From the NCBI GenBank assembly GCA_023231475.1, contig JALJEE010001081.1, forward strand, positions 62,001 to 126,000: 64,000 bases of DNA. The letters run 5' to 3'. The notes beneath the pieces were generated by a model, which saw only the letters and a list, made by a program, of their open reading frames with translations, was not told where the DNA came from and made no database searches. This document shows positions 39,601-51,359 of the stretch, in pieces (the stretch's first letter is position 1; every line of letters starts with the position of its first letter). Position numbers and translations under genes: made by a program. The DNA comes from Seison nebaliae (Eukaryota).

Positions 39601-42600
39601 ATGCATAATGATGTGTAACATGATTACAATGATAGATTATTACAATGGGTCGACGGTGGAGGGGAGTAAAGTTGGGTGAAGGAAGAAGAAACTGAACAGA
39701 TTTTATTCCAACATCAATTCCATCTCTAAATGAAAAAGGATAATAATAAATGTACGTAGTCATATCATCGTGCTGGAATGGAGAAGGAAGACCAAACAAT
39801 CAGCAAACAATACAGGAAAATAACATTAGATGGCAGATAGTTGTAAGAGAATTGGTGAGATGTGTCTTCTTATTATAATTTCAAGAGTAATTGGTGTATA
39901 AAGAGCAAATGTATTAATGATGAAAGTGGCAGCATAATAATAGACGATAAACTATCGTACGATTATCGTGAACATACGTATGTCAATTCGGCCACTTGCT
40001 ACTAACAAATGTTACGTATCTCTCCCCTTCTCTCTCATTAGACACCAAATAAACTTCTTTATTCGATTAGATTCCTAATAAAAGAACGAAGAAAGACATC
40101 TTCCTTCCTTCCTTCCTTCCTCTCTTCCTTCATTCCATCAATGATCTAATAACATCAGAATAATAGTCGAAATATGTTATTTATCATTAATAAATATTGA
40201 TATGAGAGAGTATTGATTGAATCTGGAGAGGTGAAGTCTCTCTTTCAACTCGAAACTTTCTACGACAATTTCAGAACGAATTCGTCACATCGACTTATCG
40301 AAGGAGATAAAATGATGATTAGGATGGAAAATGGAAATAATTTGAATAGTTTGTTACAGGAAAAGAAAAAATAATATCAATTCGTTGAATTATTGTCTCA
40401 ATTCGAACGATTGTTATGACAATGAAATTATTATCATTATTATTATTATTATTCATACCATCGTGATTAGAAACCGTTTTTTTTTATCTAACTTAATCAT
40501 TTGTATTGATAAGAAATGTTCTTCGTTACTTCCATCCTTCAATAGTTTTGAAAGGTGAGAGAAATGAAGAAAATTGATAATGGAGTGCAAATTGAAAATA
40601 ATCTCAAATTCTTATGTAATATTATGTTGATATATAAATTGTCACAATTATATTTCACTCTCCGTTTCGAACACGTTCTGAATTATACTTGAATATATTC
40701 AGACGATGATACATTAGGAAACGATGGTGGAAAATGTTCCTCGTCTTTCTCGAATACTTTTTTCTTGAAAGATTAACTCTATTCCAAAAAACTGATGGCA
40801 TTTGACAATAAATCGAGTGGGAAAACAACGAATTATTAATTTGTTCTTATGTTTCTCTAACAATTCTTCATCTTCATCATCATCTTCCTGTTTAACATAT
40901 CAATAAAATGTGAATGAGAAGAGTTATAATGTATGAATTACATAGAGCCTACATTAGCACTATGCATACTGATGCAGAAACGCCATTATGGGCAACGAAT
41001 TAAATGTAATCTCGATCTTGTGCCAAAATACAATAAGAAGAATTCCAATTATTTATTCATCCTTTTTCCTCCTATTTGTTTCACCTTTCCTCCTCCATCA
41101 CTTTCTCCTTCAATATTATCCACCGAATTACTTCGCCTAGCCAAAAACACTCACAACCAATTAATGAGAGACGCAACTAGCCAAAGATTGAATAATAAGT
41201 GAAATTATTAATCTTTTAATTTTAATAGTAGTAATTTTAACCGAACATAACTATGAGAGAAATGATAAAATATCAAAAGAAGAAGAAGAAGTAGAAGAAG
41301 CGATTTCCAATTAAAGGCGAATGCACAAACACACACACACATAAGCACGTCAATGAAAGAATGCTAATAATGGCAATATTCATAATGACTAGTTGGTAGT
41401 AACAGTAAATAATTCTCTCCCAAAACACAATGATGTTGAACGCAAGACTATTAAACTGATACTAGTAGTATGTGGCGATAAATGTATTAGAAATGAACTA
41501 TTTGATATTCAATAATAATAAACGAATGGGCCGAAGAATTCTCTGTTTATCTTTGATTGAATACATTAGATCAACTGAGAGAATATGGGTAGATGATTCG
41601 AAGTTCGATCGACAAACTCTAATTGCCAAAATCTGTATTCATCTCAATCCCTTCTCATTCACTACCATTTCTTTCTCCTCCCAAATTGCTTCATTTCATA
41701 TCTAATACTTTACTTTAATTTATTAACATTTCCTTCTTCTTTCCTTTGACTTTCCTCACTCAACTTTCTCATATCAAACAATCTTTTCTTCTTTTCTCCA
41801 ACATTTTAAGGAAATATATACGTGCATGTGTGCATAATTACATACATCCCATCAAACGTAACACTATCCCCCCCACTACCATCATTCATAAGACCATCCC
41901 AACTAATGGATGAGTATTACCTAATAAACTGTTAAGAATGCACATAACTTATGTCATTAATTTCCTTTCAATTCCATAACATTTAAAGTAATAACGATTA
42001 CTATAATCCTTCGACATCAATCGTAATTCTACACTCCATTTATTTACTTTCTTCTACTTAAACGAGCAAGTTGAATACAATCTGTATAACTCTCGTCTAT
42101 TTCACTCCGAACGAACATTGCATTTAATGACAATCTTCAAAATGAAATCGTTGTTTGATGATGAATCATTCTCAGTCTGATATAAAATCATCTTATGTAC
42201 CAAATCAAATAGAAAGATCAAAACAATTATCACGTGAAATTTCTGTGCAGTAAACATTTTTTACTTCCGTTCCACCAATGCGCATAATCAGCTCGTCGGT
42301 CTTATCTCCCCTATAAATTCAGTTTTGTAAGTATACGGGAATTTCCACAATCATAAAAACGGTATTTTCTCCATCCCGTTTTTCATCGTAATCAAAAAAT
42401 TTTTATTCATCATTTTGTGCATTTCACATTTGAATTTAAATTAAATTAAGAACAACTTTCCATTGACTGAATGCAAATCGATTTAGTGAAAAAATTTGAA
42501 TAATGAAAAATTCGATAATGAATGACGAAAAAAACATTCCTTTAAAAAAAATGGTATGGTGAAATTACCGTTTTGATGGCAGAAGAAATTACCATTTAGT

Positions 42601-42963
42601 AAGATAAAGAAGGATTGCGTAGAAAGAACGATTTGATTGCATATAATAAACGAAGAAAGGAAAAGATGAACTTTAAAATAATCAGTACATTTCTAATAAT
42701 CAACATCCTTTTTTAATAATCTCTTACCACCACTTTAAACAACTGCCATTATATCATCAATTTGAAATCTCTTTAGATAAATCTTCAGATTAAATTAGAG
42801 TTCATTTCCCAATTTTCATTAGTGAACAAATGTATTTTATTGAGGGAAATATCCAATAAAATTATTAGTCAATAAAAAAAAATAAATAATATCAAACAAA
42901 TGATTTTTAGTTCTGAAACATGAAAACAATTTAGAAAAATCCCATTGAATATTTAGATGATTT

Positions 42964-45900
42964 TCAGTTCGGTGGTCTCGGTTCCAATTTCAACGACATT
43001 TCATACAAGTCGTCTGTCCGAATAAATTTTGTGTCATCCAGAAGATAATTCGCCACCTAAACAACAAATAATTATTAAGTAAACTTTAATTAAATTAACT
43101 GTTTGATTATGTGTTAATTTATATGGTACTTCTTGGAAATTCTTAACATCTCGAATGATGAGTGAAATCTAAAAAGAAATTATTGAGAATATTAAAAGGA
43201 AAAATAACCAATCTCATTTTGGAGAAATTGATGAGATTATCATCAATGGTGTCTGGTGTTCCGTCTTCCAGGAACGTCAGATCATGAAGATATGTTCCCA
43301 AATATGGAACGGTAGGTGGATCATGTCTTTTCAGGAGGATTGACGAAAAAGAAAAATGAGAATGAACTTTTGTAACAACTCTCTCATGTTCTTGAACATT
43401 CCATCACTGGAGACAATATTTTGTAATTTTTGAATAGTTTGACGACACTAACAAATGGTGAGAAGAATTATAAGAGAAATGGTGAAGAATAAAAACGTGT
43501 AGATGAGATTCTAACTAATTTCGGTACTTTTTCCCAAGTTCGTTGAAGACGGAAAACTGCCGAGTTATTAAAAGCAGAAATGATTTGGAGAATTCCATTA
43601 TAATTCTGTAACATTCGACAAGTGTCTGCCACCTGTCATAACAACAACATCAATTTTCCGATCAAAATAATCATCAGAATTGAATTGTCCGATGGAAATA
43701 ATATTAAATAGAATTTAAAAATTATTTTAAAAATAAATTTAACTTGAGTCCATTTTTCTATGATACATATTCTTTCGCGAATATTCTTACTTTGTACGAC
43801 TTCGTTCACTACCAATTGAGACATGTGATTGAATCGTGAGCTAACTAATAAGACATGAGATGGTTTCTTTTCTTTATCATCTTTCTCCCATCTCTTACAA
43901 ATGAGTTCTCTAGAAAAGGAAAAATTTTGAAATTAGATCGCATCAAATTGAATTAACTCACTACGAATAAGAGAGAAGAGAAGATGATCCATCAATGTCA
44001 TTTGCTCGGCAATCTCGATGGGCGAGAAAGAAGGATAATTCTCACACTTCTTATCCAAAGTGAAGATTTCGATGGGCGAGATATCATATTTCGTTCTAGC
44101 GTTCAATAATTTCAAGGATTGAACGAATGTTAAATCTCCGGAACTATTTTTCGATTGTTCGTCTGGTCGTTTGGGTCGAATTCCCACGAGTTGTTCCAGA
44201 AGTAGAACTGACGTTCGATATTCAACTTCAGTAACTGATGGAGAATATAATAAATTTTCAAGGAAACTAAAGACTCGATCTTTCAATTCGATGGATTGTT
44301 CGAAATCCTTTATGAAAAAGTTGAGAGAGAGATGAAAGAAAAGAAATAACAACGGCATGTTTGGTGATCCAATGACGGAAAATGTTGAGAACTCTCATCG
44401 TTTTAGCAGTGGGATGTGTTTTCGTTTCACTCATAATATTTGGAGTTTCTATTTTAAATGATGGTTTCATTTGGTGATTTTGTTGTATTTCATTCTTGGA
44501 GGAATTGTCTGATCGATATTGTAATTGTGTTGAAATTGAAGAACCATAATTTCTCTTCGTTGAACGGAACATTGGAGAATCCATTCCAGTGGAAGAACTG
44601 TCGGCGGCTGAATATCTCATGTAATTCATTCCACTTTTTACTTTAGGTTTTGGTAAATTTAAATTATTTTCTATCGCTGATGATCTCTGTCCGGTATTCT
44701 CTTCTTCTTCTTCCTCCTCTTCAAAATCAAAATTTTCAGAAACCGTCGGTAACATGTTCGTTTTGAGTGGTTGTCTCGTTGGCATGTTGTTGTGGAGAGA
44801 TGATAAACTTGGCGATTTTTGAGATCCAGAAGTGGCAAGAGCAAAAGCTGCTGATGCTATTTGACTTGATGATCTGATAGAAAAAAATTTAAAATTGATA
44901 GAAATTAAAAAAATTTTTTTTTTGAAAAAAAAAAAGAACCTTCGACGTCCTATTCGGCCGGCTGTTACGACAACAGCAGGTGAAATTTTACAAGTGGAAT
45001 TTCGATCGGATTGTTTCGCCCGAAGTATCGACACTCTGGGCGAAATTAAAGTTTCGGTTAATCTTTTCTGGAAATCTTCTTGTATCTGCTCCTTTGGATG
45101 ATATTGACGATAAATGGAAGAAAAAATGAATTTTAACGACTTCCTCTAATGGTTTGTCACATCGATTACATCTCGGTCCGTCGATTGATTCGTCTAAATT
45201 AAATTCGATATTTATCGGACTCTCTTCTCTTTCGTCATTCGATGGATCGTTCGTCACTATACTACTGGAATCGAATGAGGCAACTGGTGCCAACAAAGCG
45301 TTTCTTTCATCGTCCTCATGTAACTTCATAGAATCATCTTCCTCTTCATTCTTCTCGTCATCTTCTTCTAATTTATCATCAGTGAGAATTGTTTCTTTAT
45401 TTTCATTTAATTCATTGAAACATTCTTCTTCTAAACTCTGATAAGTTAATGGACGAATAATATCTGCGAATGGAATTAATGAGAATGAAATTAAGATAAA
45501 GTAAAAGAACTTTCAAGTGTTATATATTCCGAATATTTAGTGGGACGTTTTAGAATATTCTCCAGAAATGATTTTCTCACTTTGACGAGATGTTGTGGAA
45601 AATCTTCAACATCTTTCAATTTATCATCCCGATGTTCTTTGTATCCGTAGGAATGTAAGACATCCACAATAATTTTCCCATGTGATTTCTTCGGATATTC
45701 GTACATATTGAATAGAATATCAACAATCGCATGTACGTAAATGTAGACGCGATATGTCAACAGGAATATGTTGAGATAATCGATCGATAAGAATCTCAAG
45801 TCGATTAGACGATCGAGAATTCTTTCAATTTTCCCATAACGAATCTAAACAATAAATCCATTTCATTCCAATAAATGGAAAACTTGTGGTACTTTACACG

Positions 45901-48900
45901 AGTTCAATGCTTTAGCATATTTTATATTGTTGTCATCTTTAAATAATTTCGAATCATTCCTGTTAATTTCAAATCAAGCAAATTATTTCTTCTTAAGAAT
46001 TAATGAGTGCCTAACCAAATAGCCGTATTATAAACACATCGATTCTTCCTTTTGAAAAAGATCAAGATTTAATTGAAAATTATATGAAGAACCTGGCTTT
46101 GGTTGATGATGTTGATAATAAAGCCGTTTCCGTTATGGCACCAGATAATAAATCAGAGAAATGGATATTTTCGATACACTGATAATTTTTAAAGTTTGGA
46201 ACAGAATTTATTATAGTGAGTAGTTAAAAATTGAACTTGAGCGATATCTGCACACCAAGCCTGTTTATCTTCTTCCGTGGCCGCCATGAAGATCATGGTT
46301 ATGGTACTTCTCTTTTTCGTTGATATGACCGCCTCGTTAGTGAATGAATCGGAATCAGTAGAACTTTCATTCGATCGTTTTCCATACTCTTCATTCTCGA
46401 ACACAATTCGAAATTCTCGAGAAACATTTTTACTATTAATTCAAATAATTTATTGGACAAATTAAATTATTTATTAATTAATTTAAATTATTTATTAATT
46501 AATGAAATTGAAGAGAAATTCACCTCAATGCCTTTATAGGATCGGCTTGATTGGTCTCGATCGCATTCTGTTTCAACACGTTAATTAAATGAACGGAAAG
46601 TCTTTGAAGAGAATTATTCTTCCCATTATGTAACATGTCATTACAATCGTTGAAATCTAAAGAATAAAATGATCGACTAAATGGAAAATCCGAATCAATA
46701 ACATAGACAAGATGATACGTCTTCGATTAAAGTGGCATATTTCAATGGAATGACTGCTCCTTCCTAATGGAAAATTTAATTAATTTTAAAGTTAAAAAAT
46801 CAATTTTGAAAAAACGGTAATTCTACCGTTTATTCAACCTTAGCCAATACGAGAAGTCCTTGCGAATTTCGAGTGGTTATAATCATATGATTCGTAAACA
46901 GATAGCATTGTCGAGTCACATCTTTCTTACACGTGATATCGATATTTCTCTCACCTAAAATATTTGCACCTAAAATGCACAAATTAAATTTGAAAAATAT
47001 TTATTTCGATGAAACATAACTGCTATTTGTCATCCGATTAAATGCTTGTTGGAATTTGTTACTTCGTTGACTTTTCATAAGACTACTCATTTGGTGGAGT
47101 GTACCGTTTCGAATCAACGTTTGTGATGTGTCCAATAAAGCCTCACATCCTCCGACGATCATTCTTTCGATACCTAAATTCGTACGGATATTTTCCGTTT
47201 CGGAAATTTCGTTCGACATCTGATTTGACAACTCTTCTAATTTGGCTTTAGCCGATTCCAAACTTTTCCGTTCGATATGTTGATGTGGAGTACGTGCTAG
47301 TAATTCTCCTAAAATGATGATATAATTAGGTATAATTTCCATCGGGAGAGCGAGATACTCCTCCAAAGAATTCCTCATACAATTCGATTGTATTCCTGAA
47401 AGTTTCATCTGACACTCAATTGGAGAAGATTTGGAGTTAAATGGAGAGAAACTTTATTAAAAAAACGATCGAGAGTTTGACGGAACATCGGATAAGTTTG
47501 TTTACACTCCGTCAATATCTGAAGTGAATAATGATGATTCCTGACATAATCTTGATAGATGTGGAGCATTGGTAGTAGCAAATCAAATAAATCACCTTTA
47601 TAAAAAAATTAAATTTAAATAAGGAAAATTTCATGTTAACCCAAAATTAATTTCGGCCAATTCTCCATTCGAACAAGTAGTCCTTTGAAGAAGATTTGAT
47701 GGAGGAATAACAAATGTTCGATATTGAGAAAGATGGAATTAATTTCTTCATGTGATAACGGAGGATTTCTGGAGGAAGCCGCTATACGTAACGGTCTCAA
47801 AATGTATAAGATCACAACTTCTAACGTTCCAACATATCTTATGATTTGGAGAATTTTTAAATTATTATTTTTAAATTATTATCAATAAACTTTTCTTCAT
47901 TCGATAACATATTGAAAACGATACGATTCCTTTGTCGCATGTTGGTGGCGTGTGGCGATTTAATATATTCTTCGACAATATTCTTCCATCTCTTCCGATA
48001 AAGCCAACCGCGACACAATGATTGTACCTTGAAATTGAGATTAGATCCAATCCCTCCAAAAAAGAACGAGAACTTTCTTAATTTTTCGAATTTCATCAAT
48101 CTCCGAATCAGCTATCGTCTTTTGTTTTAAGAGTTGATGTTGTTTTGAATATTTCTTCAATTCTTGTCTCAATTCCTTCACTTCATGTCCTAATTCTTCC
48201 ACTTGATGCATGTACTCCCAGATGGCACATTGAGCTGAATTATACAATTTTTGACAATGTTCATATTTATGAACCCATTGATGTTTCTGGGAGATGGCAT
48301 GATTATATCTATAAATGAAATGAATTAAATTATAAATTTTAATTATATAATTTGAAAGTTAAAAAATATGAAAATTTGAAAATTAAGAGATGGAAATAAC
48401 CCGCATAATAAGAGAGCTTCGGTCCATTCACTTCTAACCGAATCACTTTCAGCTGCGAAATCCAATTGCGATTGTCCATCTCGCGAATAGAGGAGACTGA
48501 AACAATACTAAAATAAGTGAATAAATTATGATCAGAATTATGATAATTGAAAAAATAACGAGATTCCTTTTATCGTTCAATTGTCCAGGAGCGATATTGG
48601 AAGAGTTGTTTACAGTGGAAGTTATGCTGTTCGTACCACTAGTGTTTGGTAAGTTGCAAAAAGGAACATTGAACTTCTCCGTGTACGTACTCTCCAGAAA
48701 GTAGACGTAAAGTAATTTGTTGAGATTGTCATGTTCGAAAATGAAAATGAGATTTTGAAATAGGACGATATGTTTGAGGGACCATTTGACGGAGGAGGTG
48801 GAAGCTTCGGTTGGTCGTTTAATGCGCAAGACACCTTTCTTCGTCGGTTCAAGAAGAGCTCGGGCCGACAACGATAATATTCTGGATTCATTAATTTTTG

Positions 48901-48910
48901 TTGGTGGCAT
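42964..48910 (-). CDS. RASGRF1: Ras-specific guanine nucleotide-releasing factor (RasGRF: PH, IQ, DH, PH, REM, CDC25), about 24 short introns; a possible extra 5' exon from 49090
   Basis: [18 protein letters not shown] (IQ), [16 protein letters not shown]...[16 protein letters not shown] (DH), [17 protein letters not shown] (REM), [13 protein letters not shown], and [22 protein letters not shown]...INFSKMR (CDC25). Ends LEPRPPN-stop at 42964. Confidence 0.93.
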
Positions 48911-51359
48911 AATTGGATAGTCCTGTTAATTAAATGAAACGGGAGAATTGTGTTCGATGGAGGAATAACATAATTCTAATATTTAAGAAAGAATAGACGA
49001 GAGTCGTTACTGGAATATTTTCTCTTTTATTTGTTTTGGTACGATCGAATTAGATGTTTTTCGACGAACATTCATCGACGACATGTTCATATGGACAGTA
49101 TCTTATTCTCGAACACTAAACTTATTAAATGCCCTTCGGAGATGAAGAAATTCATCAATTAGGAAAATGAAGTGTCAATTTCATTTTATTGATGACACCA
49201 ATAACAGAAATTTTCTAATATTATGAAAAAATGTTCCCCTTCTATTCCTGTTGATTGAGAGTGAATTGGTCGAATTATCGAATGGACTGACAAGAGAAGT
49301 TGCATCAACAAACATAATATGGAGACGGGAAAGATATTGTATGTTTGTATCTGCGATTCCTTTCTTTGAGAAAAGTGTTAAATGAAACAGAATAAACGAT
49401 TGAATGGATATCGTGTGATAAATGAAGAAATTATATTTTCTTTTATCAATAATAATAATCATCTTCCATCATTCTGATCCATAATCATATATCTTCCATT
49501 TATCTTTCTATTTTATCTCTCTCATTTTATCTTTTCTTTCTAGATACTTTCTCCAAAAACGATTATCCAACTTCAAATTACTTATTTTCACAATCCCTCA
49601 CAACAGTCGACTCAAGTTCAGAGAAGGAACATCTTTACGAGAAGAAAGGAACATCTCCCAAAGAATGTCAAACCGATAACAATTATTCCATTTTTCTTCT
49701 ACTTTTTTTTAGATGATTCGTCATTTCTACTTAAAAGACATGATATCGTGACATGATATTATCATAAACATTAAAATATTTGATTCAATTCTTCTAATGC
49801 AAGGAGAAGAAAGATATCCAGTTGTTTCTAGCGCATCGAGTATATCATGACATGTAATAGTTTTTCAGTCGACAAAACTGAACTAATCCAACAAATCGAG
49901 TTGAGAAACAAATGGAAAGTCTGTTTTGGATAGGATTTTCCATTATTGTCTATCGATGGAGAGAAGCGATTGAAAAAAAATGACATCATCTTTTCAGGTA
50001 CGTTTTTTTTGTCCAGAATTAGATGTCTAAATTCTCATCCATCTTCTTCTGGAAGATAAGCATTAAAATGAGCTTCAATGGCATAAATATCATTTGAGAT
50101 GGACATTTGAAAGAGAGACCTTTGAAATTCTAATTTTCCTGTAAACAAATTTAGTTGAAATGATCTTGTCCTGCATTTTATTAATGAGAATTCCATTAAT
50201 TAGTTTTATTTGAATGAATCATATCGATTTCTTGCTTCTCAATTATATCTTCCATTATTGCACGAATGATTTATGTCTATGTTTGGGAGAAATGTCAGAA
50301 ATGTGTTCGATGGAAATGTTGACGTGACGAATTCAACTTACATTCCACAACAATATTTGGGTGGCGTATTAGATAAGGAGAATTGGTCAGATGGTCATTC
50401 AATTTCAGAGACTCGTTCGCATAAGAAGGACACGAAGTTCGAAGTTCCACCTCTTTGTCTCTCCACCACTCAACACATTTATATTGTGTAATTTCTCTAA
50501 TCGATAAAATGGATAATGTCATGTTCGATGGAAATGGTCTTTCTTCCAATTGTCTGTATTCTCTGGTGGGCAGTTAAGGAGAAGAAAGAGTGGAATATTT
50601 ATGTATTTTTATTATCAACATTAGAAGTAGAAGAAGATGAAGAAAAAGTTGATTATTCATGAAAATATGTGTAAAAATTTTTTTGAACTGAATGAATTAG
50701 ATGGGAGGAAGGAGCAGTTCCACCATTAGAATGTGAATCGTCATAATAAATTATTATTCCAAATGAAAATAAGTGAATGGAAAGAAAGATGGATTGATGA
50801 TTGGCGAAGAGTGTGCGAACGAGTATCAAAGATGATGATGATGGTGATGAGTTGATGAGGAAGACAAAATAATTTAGGGGAGTTATACAACTATGAATAT
50901 GTCGCTCTGTTGTAGCCCGAGTTGTTTGTTCGATAAATTCCTTCGAAATTTATTTAAATATGACACGAGGAGCAAAAACGGAATTCTCACTCCATGGATG
51001 TGCATACTGAATGAAGATGTAGTTAATTCGATAAACGATGAAGAATTAATCTTTTCATTTGTCCTCTCATCGGCTTGGGAAGAGTTACATGCACATTTTC
51101 GTCGGTTGACATAATTATTTTTAGATGTGCATATTTCGTGCATATTTCATGCATAATTACAACAGCGTCAGATGAGGCTGAGAGGAGTGTGTGGATCAAT
51201 ACAAGGATAATAAACTTCCCCAATCACTGTGGCGTATTGGATCCATTGGAAATGAATGAGGTAGAGTGGTGACTAGTTTTTGAAAGAGAAATGTCATTTA
51301 TTCTTGTTAATGACAGATGATGGGCGATGATGACTATGAAAACGGAAATGATTAACTAA

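Noticed and set aside
21555..41705. Numerous 60-146 aa ORFs in the desert
   Set aside because: Low-complexity, microsatellite-derived translations with no recognisable domains or exon chains.
42964..48910. Fragmented RasGRF ORFs as a pseudogene, frameshifting or stop-codon reassignment
   Set aside because: Every break is resolved by a short GT-AG intron under the standard code.
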